Of a stretch of 64,000 bases of DNA, positions 42,716 to 53,882 are shown one piece after another. How positions within the stretch are numbered: the stretch's first letter is position 1; each line of letters starts with the position of its first letter. The notes below the pieces were generated by a model. It was given only the letters and a program-made list of their open reading frames with translations, made no database searches and was not told the DNA's origin. This DNA is from Phoronis australis (taxonomy: Eukaryota; Animalia; Phoronida). A program made the position numbers and the translations under genes. The DNA is taken from the NCBI GenBank assembly GCA_002633005.1, contig NMRA01000120.1, positions 377,056-441,055 of the forward strand, in the 5' to 3' direction.

Positions 42716-43234
42716 TATTGTAAGCCAATTTTGTTTTTGCTAGCAAAACATTTTTGAGTGGTGTGCATATTTTACAGTCTGTCGAGCTAATCAAAAAGAA
42801 CAACCATACTTCTTCACCTATGTAGCATGCAATGTAGTAGATACATGTAACAATATTTTATCAAATTTCTTTACAAAAGTATCAGGGAAACTTCAGTCTA
42901 TTATTGGTTTTGTTTCTTCTGTACTGATAAACATTAAAGACTAATAGTTGAAATATCCATTATTTATATGCAGCAAGGTAGCCTGCTTTTGAAAAATAGA
43001 ACAATGACTAATATTTTTGTGCTAAATAAGTTGACATTTTAGTGGCACTTATGGTTTCCGCCATGCATTGCCGCCAAACTAGCAAAACAAAGTTTTCTTA
43101 ATACCGCATTCACCCTAATACTATGCCCCTATAAGCTCCCACGTATTTTCAGACTTCGCTGAAATAAGCGCCTACCCCATGAATGTGTACACGCGAAAAG
43201 TGTCTTACTTACAGTCCTAAAATTCTACATTAAC

Positions 43235-43556
43235 GGTCTTCAATTTATCAAAAAGATCCGGCAGTACTGGAAAAATCATGGCGCACGGAGTTTCTGGACC
43301 ACCAACCTCGCCGCTGTGTCAGTATTTAACCGTGACTATACACTTCAAACTTCCGCCGTGGTTCAAAAAGAACACAAAAGTTTAGCTGATCTCGCGAGGA
43401 ACGTGTCCCACTATAGTTTGGCTTTTCAAAACAGACGCAGCGTACTTGTCAAAGGGATTGTATTGTATCTTTCCCGTGCAGATCTTCTTTCCCAACAGGA
43501 ATCCAAATTTCATTGTACACGTGACAACCGCAAATCGAAGACTGGTACTGTGCCAT
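43235..43556 (-). pseudogene. Decayed HIRAN-like domain ORF carried by the family-A element
   Basis: Across frameshifts: MAQYQSSICGCHVYNEIWIPVGKE / NPFDKYAASVLKSQTIVGHVPREIS / FLNHGGSLKCIVTVKY..GGPETPC. Matches the RGYHVY..W..N..D..AV...VGHVPR...GGLEIPC pattern. Confidence 0.65.
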
Positions 43557-44029
43557 TCAGCTGACGACAGTTTCACGAATAAAAGAATTGTTGTTAAAAG
43601 CACGTGGCAGGAAGCGCCCGCTACATACCAGTCACCTGTCATCGCAGACATTAGTCTTCGGGAACTATTCATGAAACTATGGTTAGCATAGCATTGGCAA
43701 GAAATAAATATTGGTACTAATTTCAAAAAGTTTCTAATGCCGTAAAAACTTGCGTTATTTTTAAGAATAATTGTTTTATTAATTGGTTTTATAATTTATT
43801 CATAATTGGTGTTTTTGAAGTCAATACCTGATAAAATGCCCCACTGATTGTGAACACTTATGCACCCTCACACCCGAATCTCCTAGAAAATAACTGTCAA
43901 TTATGCATCCAGTCACCCAGTGACTCAACCCCCACATTTTAATAGATAGACCAGCAAGTGCTAAATAAAACATGTTCTGCATTACTGATTTTGTTAATTT
44001 CTTTAGTTACAATGCACACTAGGTCGTTA

Positions 44030-44959
44030 CAGTGTGTTTACTTCAGCAAATGAACTCTGATGACATGCATGTGCTCGGTCACTCACACACACGCAGACGA
44101 TCTTCAAAACACATGTCACGTGACGACAACAGGTGTGTTTGTCCAGAGATTTTTTTCTTGTTGCGGGGTACATTCTTGCGCAGATTTGGACCTATCCTGC
44201 TATTAATCCCGACTCCACAGGAACTTAAAACTCTTAGGGACGCTGTTTGGAAACCTTAAGTGAGGATTTATGATAATTTGTTGAGTTGAAACGGTATTTT
44301 TATTCAAACTGCCATAACAAAGATCGCGAGACAGTGATGCATCAGCGAGTATTCACCTTGGGATTTCAGCACAATTTTCTATAAACTGATCGTATTTTAA
44401 CAACAAAAGTTGATAGCATTATGCACCACAATTTTTTAGAAAGTCTGTCATAGGTTACAGATACATCACGGAACGAAATTTGATGAATTCTAGNCAGTGT
44501 GTTTACTTCAGCAAATGAACTCTGATGACATGCATGTGCTCGGTCACTCACACACACGCAGACGATCTTCAAAACACATGTCACGTGACGACAACAGGTG
44601 TGTTTGTCCAGAGATTTTTTTTCTTGTTGCGGGGTACATTCTTGCGCAGATTTGGACCTATCCTGCTATTAATCCCGACTCCACAGGAACTTAAAACTCT
44701 TAGGGACGCTGTTTGGAAACCTTAAGTGAGGATTTATGATAATTTATTGAGTTGAAACGGTATTTTTATTCAAACTGCCATAACAAAGATCGCGAGACAG
44801 TGATGCATCAGCGAGTATTCACCTTGGGATTTCAGCACAATTTTCTATAAACTGATCGTATTTTAACAACGAAAGTTGATAGCATTATGCACCACAATTT
44901 TTTAGAAAGTCTGTCATAGGTTACAGATACATCACGGAACGAAATTTGATGAATTCTAG
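44030..44959. repeat. 465-bp tandem duplication split by a single N (probable assembly artefact)
   Basis: 44030-44493 repeats at 44495-44959 with ~3 differences; N at 44494. Confidence 0.9.
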
Positions 44960-47900
44960 CTTCCCATTTTTCCATTTTGGACACCGGGTTTCAACCGCCG
45001 TAGGTTACAGTAAGCGACCCTCCTGAAACAAATTTTTTCTAAATGTCTGGGCGCTTATTAGGGTGAATACGGTAGGTATCTTTGGTGAGGAATTTGACAA
45101 CTGAAGTTTCGTTTAACCATCATACTGTCCTGTGTACTAGATTAAAAAGTGTGGTGGTAGACCTATGTAGCATTCGGTAGGTGGCTGTTACGTTTTTCTA
45201 ATATCGTACTCATCTGGGTGACCTAGTGCGCATTTCGCCCTGTTTAGCTGACTGAAAACAAAAATTGAGTGAGGCCTTTCACTCTCAAGATACAGTCTCG
45301 TATTTCTTACAGTGATAGCATTCTATGCCCATCACCAACAAGAATGTGTAAACCATTCGGGGAAAGTGCTTCAGGGTTTTCTCTGTTCATTGGGGTTGGC
45401 AACTAGAGAAAGCACTTAAGTGTTTATTGGGGTTGGCAAGTGTTATGTGTGCCTAAAACGCATATTGCATACGAGTGCCATCAAATGAGATGAATTCTAT
45501 GCTTCATTAAATAATTTCACCCGTGTGATAGATACCCTGAGTCGACATGTTCTTCTTCACTTAGAAGCAGTGTTCAGAGGTACGTCAATTTTCATCTGTG
45601 CAAAAAGAACCCTACCCACACAGTTTTGTTACATGAGCCGAGATCACTTCATGTCTCCTTTGGTAAAGAGCCGGAGTGTATAGATATAGACCCGCTTGAG
45701 TAAGGCAATATTGCACTGAACTGACATATTTATTACTCAAAGTGAAGTGACTTCAAGGGCCCCATTTCTAGAAATGTGACTTGAGACTTCGTCACAAATT
45801 TGGTCTAGTACACTCCACACAACCATTTCTGAAAAATATGTAAATCTGTCTTGAGCAAAAGTGCAAAGTCTCTGAGAATATACAGATAACTGCTGTTACT
45901 GCGATAATTTTTGTTAATTATTTCTAAGCGTGTGATGTGCTCATAATTATTTGGTGAAACCGTTTTTTAGCAATTGTGGAGCGTAAAACCAAATTTGAGT
46001 CTTTCACTTTCATAGCCCTGTGATGTTTGGGTGTTAAAATTCTAGTTAGACAGGTGTCCTCAAAGAAACACACACCTATAGGGAAGTCTCTCTTATCAAT
46101 ATATTGGCACATAAAAATGGAATTTTGGGGATGGGCGTTGATTCGGGTGACTATGGTAATACTTCGACCTACTGAGTGAGTTTTGTTATTTATGTATGGT
46201 CTAAAAACAGATTGGTGATTACATAGTCACTTGGGTACATGCTTCCTGAGTTTATGCCAATGCGGCCAAGCTTGGATCACAAAAGATGTTTTAATGGCTC
46301 TCTATGTAGAATATCTACTGAATACTGAATGTTTTGAATGGTGATAGTTCAGGTAATAGCCGGATCCACAGAATTACTTCGGTAATGTTCTTATTTCACA
46401 CAAAATTAGTTGCCAAAATAGTAAATTTTCTATTTTTCAAAGGCTGATTACGTTACTGCAAACGATGCAAACTTTACCAAATGTCGTTTTATGAGATTCT
46501 CACACTACACACCATGAAAATGTTACAAATCTTTTCTTTTGTGGAGAAATTTGACAAAATAGAATTTCACTTGTCGGCCATGTTGTGTGATGAACACAGC
46601 ATTTACCCAAAATGCTGTATGCAAGGAGATCATTGCTACCTTGCTTATGGTAATTAACCTTTTGAAAATTAGTTTACCATTTGTCATTAATGTCATTAAA
46701 ACTTTACTGTTAATCATGAAGATCAATGGTGTCATCCAAATATTTGACAAGTCAAATGAGGTGTGTTATGTAAGTCCACTTGTGTGTCACACTTGGCTGT
46801 GAAGTGTGCTAGCAACCTAATGGTTTGAAAACAAGATCAATTTTACAATGCATTTCTCTACCTCCACAAGTTTGGAGGAGAGTGTAACAGAGAACAATCG
46901 ACATCAAACTCTTTAGCATTGTGAAAGCACGAAAGCACGACTGAATGTCTCGAGTAATTCTAATGTGCAAGACTGGATGGCATTTATTTTGATACGTTGC
47001 ATGTTTTCAGTTATCCCTCTTCACAAAACAGATGCACTTTTCAGATCTACTAATCAAGGACCCGTATCATTTTTTGTAAGAACACTAGCTGTTTTTCGGT
47101 TATATTTCTGTAGCCTTGGCTGTCCGCTCAGACTAAGCATGTTTTATTTAGCAAAATGGGCTCTCTGAAGTGTGGCATAGCACTGTTGATTGTTATATTC
47201 AACAATATATGGATGGATGGATGTAAGCGTGTGTGTATTGGGTGGTGGGAAATAGGGCTTTTCGCACCAGACAAAATGGTGAGAAGGCAGGTTTTTTCCG
47301 ATAATACATCAGTGAATCGTATAAAGGTCTATCTACTATCTCAAATCTGCTATATATACTTTTCATTTATGCCAGTTGTCATTCTGAAATTAGTTGACAA
47401 TTTACGGTGTCAGTGCTTGACGTCCATGCTTGATGCATGAATTGACTGGCCTTAAATCAAACTGTCTCCTTGAGCTTGGTCTCGAGCAATAAGGCGCCTT
47501 TTGTTCTTCCCAACAAGCCCAGAAATCGCTGGTAATTTGAGTACGAATCAAGTCAAGACCAGTCGGCTAGTGGCCTTATGACAGAAGACCGGCTATAGGT
47601 CCTTCAATAATCTGTTGCATGATTTTTGAAGCATTTAACCATCGTAAGACAAAACTGACTAAATACTTTTTTCTGTGAAAGAAAAATCGTTTACTTTGAA
47701 AATGTTTGTGAATATGACTTCATGTTGACAGCTCCGTAATAAGGCAAAGTTGAACTCTGCTAGTTCTGACGGACAGCCATATCCTAGCAACAGACCTGAG
47801 ATTTAATTTGTTGGTCTCGGGTCTTAGAAATTAGAGGCTAATCTAGATCTGGTGAATTGAGTAGTAAGTGGTCAAAAATCATTTTATTGTTTTCAAGGCA

Positions 47901-48759
47901 GGCTTGTACTGTAACAACAGTTGTGATATTTAAACTCGAACATTTATTCCAAATAAAATTCGATCATGTTATTGTCACTGTTGTTGATGTTTTATCCCAA
48001 CAAAGTCAAACTTTGACAGAGAGCATTTTGCTTTGAGCTCAAAGCTCAATCACGCACCTGCGTGAACAAATACTACTACTGTCCAGGTCATTAAAAGAAA
48101 CTGCAATATTCTATATTGTAGACATGGTAAACAAATTAGTTACATTATACCACCTTCTAGCTGCTAACAAAAAGTCATGGTACTTCAGATAAGATAACCT
48201 CTGTGTGGGCAATGTCTTTATGGTGGATCTCACTATTGCTGAACTTTTGTTGACCTGGTGAAGGCAGCAAACAGCGGGTTACTGTCAGATGGCGACTGTT
48301 TTATATTCCCTGTTTCCTGCAGTGTTTCCGTATGAAGGACGGGATAGGATGGTTTAAAAACATTTTGGATACTTAAGATTTGAGAATCCATTCTGACATG
48401 AAGGTAAATCATAGTTCATTGAAGTAGAGTGAAATGTATTGCTGTCATGTCATTACTACTGCATGTGATGTTTCTTGGCTTAAAGGATTTTACCTAAAAG
48501 CAGGTCAACAGTGGCTCTTGAACCTATGAGTTACATAAAATCTCCGAAATTTCAAACAAACAGATCTGGTAAATTTGTTCTTTTTTCAGTTTTCTATGGC
48601 TGTTAATGTTGACATGACTGAAAAAGTTGCCCAGATATTATCATAGCTTGAATTTATGAGGTTACAAGCCCATTGGGTGTAATACCAACAGTGCTTGTAG
48701 TATTGAACCACTGGCTGACAATTGTTTAAAAGGATAACCAAACCTGCCTCCCGTTCAGT

Positions 48760-48871
48760 AATGCTTGGACCTCGCTAAAAAGCAAGACTTCGCGAGATTA
48801 CGTGATATATTTCTGTGTATTGTACTTGAGAACACGTGACTTTGGCTAGATTTTAGCTCGGTCCTAGCGTT
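48760..48871. mobile_element. ~110-bp mini-MITE / imperfect palindrome
   Basis: aatgcttggacctcgctaaaa ... ttttagctcggtcctagcgtt. Confidence 0.55.
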
Positions 48872-49270
48872 GAAGGCATGCCCGGTTTTGACCTATTAAC
48901 AGGCATTATAATGACTTTGCGGTCCAGTTTTCTGAAACAAAATAATGCTCTATAACCCTCGGTAACTCTCTAAAGGTTGCAGGAAAATTTGGAATCTCCT
49001 TTCAAAGTATGATTAGGGGCATGCGTAACCTACATTTTAGGCGAGTTACTCGACAACAGCAGGAAAGACCACCCACCAAGAACCAGAATATCCATTGTGA
49101 CAGGAGAGTGTGAGTTTTTAGTTGAATCCTGCTTTTATCAAGTTTCTTGCCAATGATGCATGTCGGCAGGCAACAGGAGAACGAGGAGTGGTTGAAATTG
49201 TCAAAACGAGGCTTAATATCTTTTTAAGAAACTCTTTTTGGTGGTATGCAACTGTAAAAAGCTTTTAGAT

Positions 49271-49511
49271 TACAGTAAAACCTCACCTATTTCAGTGAAA
49301 AATAACTGCCAAAAATTATGTTTTTTCATTTTTCAAGGGCTTCTACTGTTGTAGTTGTGAATGCCCACAGTTTTTTCAACTATTTTCTGTCGATAGCTAC
49401 GGTACAGAACTTAGACATGGCAAAGTTCCAGTTTGGTACAATCATTTGATGAAAATTGAGAAAATAAACTTTAAACTGTCCCCCTCCCTAAATTGGTGAA
49501 ATTTTATCATA
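49271..49511. mobile_element. Family-C MITE, reverse orientation
   Basis: tacagtaaaacctcacc...aaaataactgcc ... aaattggtgaaattttatcata; similar to 53900-54125. Confidence 0.55.
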
Positions 49512-49717
49512 CAGACGGTAGTTGTCTCCTGATATTGTCAGATTTCTTGTTTTCTAATTCTGTTCAACTATGATGACAACACCTCCATGAGCTAGACAAC
49601 TTAAATCTGACACTGCTGTGTCTATTTTGGGAGGGTTTTTGGCTTTTGCCCATACAGCCTCTCTGACTATGTTCACATGAGTGGTGAAAATGCCAGTATT
49701 TTAGCTAGTAATAAGAA

Positions 49718-49914
49718 CACAGGTGAGAAACAACATGACCGCCCGTCCTCTTAAATCGGACCGCCTCACCCAAAACAGGACCTCCGGGGATCAAATGGGA
49801 CCGTCGCACCAGAAAATGGGACTGATGCACCTAAAAACATGACCGCCCCACCAGAAAACAGGACCGCCGGGGACTGAACATGACCGCCGGGGATTGAAAC
49901 CGCATATTGTCCGG
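49718..49914. repeat. GC-rich array of ~21-bp-spaced gaccgcc motifs abutting a gap (probable transposon sub-terminal repeats)
   Basis: About nine aacatgaccgcc / aaacaggaccgcc variants following cacaggtgag. Confidence 0.65.
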
Positions 49915-50563
49915 NNNNNNNNNNNNNNNNNNNNNNNNNNNNNNNNNNNNNNNNNNNNNNNNNNNNNNNNNNNNNNNNNNNNNNNNNNNNNNNNNNNNNN
50001 NNNNNNNNNNNNNNNNNNNNNNNNNNNNNNNNNNNNNNNNNNNNNNNNNNNNNNNNNNNNNNNNNNNNNNNNNNNNNNNNNNNNNNNNNNNNNNNNNNNN
50101 NNNNNNNNNNNNNNNNNNNNNNNNNNNNNNNNNNNNNNNNNNNNNNNNNNNNNNNNNNNNNNNNNNNNNNNNNNNNNNNNNNNNNNNNNNNNNNNNNNNN
50201 NNNNNNNNNNNNNNNNNNNNNNNNNNNNNNNNNNNNNNNNNNNNNNNNNNNNNNNNNNNNNNNNNNNNNNNNNNNNNNNNNNNNNNNNNNNNNNNNNNNN
50301 NNNNNNNNNNNNNNNNNNNNNNNNNNNNNNNNNNNNNNNNNNNNNNNNNNNNNNNNNNNNNNNNNNNNNNNNNNNNNNNNNNNNNNNNNNNNNNNNNNNN
50401 NNNNNNNNNNNNNNNNNNNNNNNNNNNNNNNNNNNNNNNNNNNNNNNNNNNNNNNNNNNNNNNNNNNNNNNNNNNNNNNNNNNNNNNNNNNNNNNNNNNN
50501 NNNNNNNNNNNNNNNNNNNNNNNNNNNNNNNNNNNNNNNNNNNNNNNNNNNNNNNNNNNNNNN
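49915..50563. other. Assembly gap
   Basis: Run of N. Confidence 1.
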
Positions 50564-50959
50564 TTTTTGAGCATCGGCAATGCAAGCCGAATATTTCATA
50601 TTGAGAAAGCACATCTTTGAAAAGAAGAACCAACACTTGTTGGGAACGGTCTTTGTGCGTCGACGGCGCACATTTCTTATTGGGAAAGCCAGATTTTCAA
50701 AAATTAATCGCTCAGACCATTTGAGTCTCATTTACCTGCAATTATACTGCTATCAAATGACCGAGCCAGCATTGTTGATACTACGACCGCTCATCGAAAT
50801 AATGTACACCCACGAAATTCGGACACTAGCGGAAACCCAAATTTGGAGGTCCGCCAAATTCGGACACCACAAAATGATATTTCGCGAGATTCGTCCAAGA
50901 ATGAATTTTTTCTATTGGAATTAATTTTCAGTGTCCGAAAATCACGCGACTTTACCGTA
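50564..50959. mobile_element. End of a TA-flanked TIR element emerging from the gap
   Basis: Repeated aaattcggacac and terminus gtgtccgaaaatcacgcgactttaccg|ta; CpG-rich. Confidence 0.45.
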
Positions 50960-51667
50960 CTGTCTTCTTAAACATCTAGTTGACTTGGTGAGCCTGCTGT
51001 TGGCGGAGCTGGTGTAGCCACCTGGTGATTGTGTGTTGATAACTATGGGTATTCATGCGTGTATAAACAGAGAAATGATTATGTTTTGTTTTATTGCTTA
51101 TTAAATAACCAGCTTTCACCACAGGGAAAATTCTCTGATTGGTAATTTTGATCTCCAAAAATACCAGTTGGAAATTTAAAATTTCCGGTCAGGAGACTAG
51201 GAATTCCAGGTTGAAAATCAGTTCCTAAATTTGCCAACTGGAGATCTGCTTTCATTTCAGCAGGTTCTCATTTGAAATTAATGATAGAACCAGTATATTC
51301 AGTGAGGATGATGAAGTGTTTAAATGAACACACTGAGCCAAGATTTATTGAGAGCATGCTTCTGATGAGGTCAAGTTAAATAATATAACAAGTTCTGGTA
51401 AATTAATGTAGTTGTGTGATGCACCTCAAGTTAGTGTAGCCAGCTATCATTCAACCTGGGGTGCATTCCGTGGATGTCCGAAATTCGCAAAAATGCAAGA
51501 TCACGCAAAATCACGTGCGTGAAAGCCAATGTTTCGAGAGTATGCTTGGGATGTTACTAGCATCATACCCTAGCAAAGCAATTGGTCAGTGAGTTTGGAA
51601 TGTTGAATCATGGCATAGAGTTCATTATTTCCATTGTACAAACGAAGATTTCTTGCCGCATGTGCTT

Positions 51668-51798
51668 CACGAGTTTCTTGGGTCAGTCTACGGATCACCC
51701 CCCTGCCACGAGTGTCTTGGGTCAGTCTACAGAGCATCCTCCGCCACGAGTGTCTTTGGTCAGTTTGCAGAGCTCCGCCACGAGTGTCTTGGGCCAGT
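51668..51798. repeat. Minisatellite, ~34-39-bp unit, 3.5 copies
   Basis: cacgagtgtcttgggtcagtc... at 51668, 51707, 51745 and 51779. Confidence 0.85.
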
Positions 51799-53623
51799 GA
51801 ACGAAGCACAACCCCATTGATGCAAACTGTAGAAATGAAAAATTGAGTTGTTATAGAATGATAGACTCGGCCCACTTACTAAAGAATCTTGTAGAGAGCT
51901 CAAAATTCGCTTGATGGCTCTAACGAGGCAAGGATTGCATCATAAACGAATAGGCTAATCTAGGAAGCTGCTGTTTTAAGGGTGCCCTGAACCCATGTGG
52001 TCATTCCTTCACAACAACTTAAGTACACCATTGAAATGTATGTTTTCATGCACATGCAGGGCGTCCCTTTGTCCCTTGCTGGTTCTGCTAACGGTGCTTT
52101 AACAAAAAGGGTCCCTTTCCTCATTAACACCCGTTGTGAATACTGGGTGTCCCACACGTGTGGCACCTGCATTACAGTTAAAAGAAAGGTAACAGTGGTC
52201 CGTGTATCATTTAGTGACACGTTACCTAGAGCGCATGTCATGACCCCTTTGATTATCTCCCTATGGGTCTTCTGTTGAAATACCAAAAGAATCCATCGTG
52301 GATTGTTTCTGTGTCTTCTTAATAATGTTCGTCTTCTGACTTGTTTACTATCTATGTATTAGTATCATAAGCCCAAAATACTTTGAAGCTGTAAAGGCTT
52401 CCAGGTGACAGGGGTGATCGTGCCGAAACTCCGCGAGCCAAAACTCCACGTGCCTCTAGATCTTAGCCCTTGGATGGAATCGATTCGACTTCAGACATGA
52501 AACTGCCATTGATTTGATTTGACTTTAGCAATGAGGTCACCGCTGAATTATTTTGTGTGTGCCTTCGAAGGAACTGCACCTATCGACACGCTCCTTTCCC
52601 AAATAGGTAAACGAATGCGTCCGGGGTCACGTGCTCCTTAACTCATCAGATGGTGAGATTTGCATTTGTTTGGTTCTGCTTCATGGCTAATTAAATGTTT
52701 GTTTCTACATTTGTTGAACCATTGTGCAACCATTGTGTGTCTTTATATTTATCATCTTTCTTTCATCATTCACTACATGTACAAAGCACAGTTAGCAGTT
52801 AGTATAATATATATCATGTACTTTTTCAAATCTTTAACTACCAATACGTGGGTGGCTGCCCATCCATCAGAGTGCCAGCATGCCCTTTAATGGCGATCCC
52901 CATTATTTCGGTTTAAAGCCGTAATTGCATATTGCGACTAGCTGGTATATCACATTGGTGCTTGTGTGTCTGCTGTATCAACATCCCAAAGTGAGGCTGG
53001 CCCAGTTAGATTAGACCGGATCTTCTCTAAACTCCAACAGTGTTTCTATACAGACTGTTGTGTATGCTGTCAACCCAACCCACTTGTCAGGTTTTATAAT
53101 TGATTAAAATCCCACTGTATTATTGGTACCAACTCGTACCAGTTTTTTCTAAACGTTTATTACTAAGGGTCATAATCGGATATTTTTAAGAATCAATTAC
53201 CGGTACTAATCAGAGGCTGTTCTTATTCTGAATCGGTTTTGAGCGACAACACTGATTTCTGTCAGGTATGAGTGGGGACATATCAGATGACGATTGGCTC
53301 AAAACCCTGTTTCTAATGCTTTAGCAAACGACAGATGGCGCTCTTCTGTGCTACCAGACAAAGAATTGCTTCTGGCTAAGGCGACTTCACTCGGTTTATG
53401 TGTCTTTAAGTTTGTTGTCAATTCCATATTTGGTTGCAGCCGACCACATTCAATTTTTAGGGAGATCACAAAATCAATTTCATTGTTGATTTTGATTTGA
53501 GGTTTTTCTTAAGTGGCAATGCTCGTGACAAGTCGGCAAATCGGTGTAATGCTTAATGTCAAATAGTTACACAATAGTTTTTATGTGTTGCCTATCATTG
53601 TCACAATTATCTAGTGTTGATTA

Positions 53624-53882
53624 GCAAGAGTACTGAGTGTACTTACCAATAATACAAGCAAGAGTCACAGTAATGCAAGAGTACTGAGTATACTTACCAA
53701 TAATACAAGCAAGAGTCACAGTAATGCAACAGTACTGAGTATACTTACCAATAATACATGCAAGAGTCACAGTAATGCAAGAGTACTGAGTATACTTACC
53801 AATAATACAAGCAAGAGTCACAGTAATGCAACAGTACTGAGTATACTTACCAATAATACAAGCAAGAGTCACAGTAATGCAA
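53624..53882. repeat. Minisatellite, 51-bp unit x5
   Basis: gcaagagtactgagtatacttaccaataatacaagcaagagtcacagtaat; copies nearly identical. Confidence 0.95.

Larger units (their letters stand above)
43104..45072 (-). mobile_element. Family-A element, most complete copy (length inflated by an assembly duplication)
   Basis: ta|CCGCATTCACCCTAATA ... TATTAGGGTGAATACGG|ta; reverse-complement homologue of 26462-27870. Confidence 0.85.

Noticed and set aside
46870-46990. Possible CR1 LINE 3' remnant (also SINE-like tails at ~21935-22040 and ~63800-64000)
   Set aside because: Resemblance too weak to call without alignment to a repeat library.
48323-48403. 81-nt exon-like segment with good splice signals as a coding exon
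   Set aside because: Stops in all three frames; a UTR exon cannot be excluded but has no support.
49766-50731. Long ORFs of 236-321 aa (also 23237-23660)
   Set aside because: They are open only because they span N gaps.
53621-53872. Repetitive Cys-rich 83-aa ORF
   Set aside because: By-product of a 51-bp (17-codon) minisatellite; no gene context.
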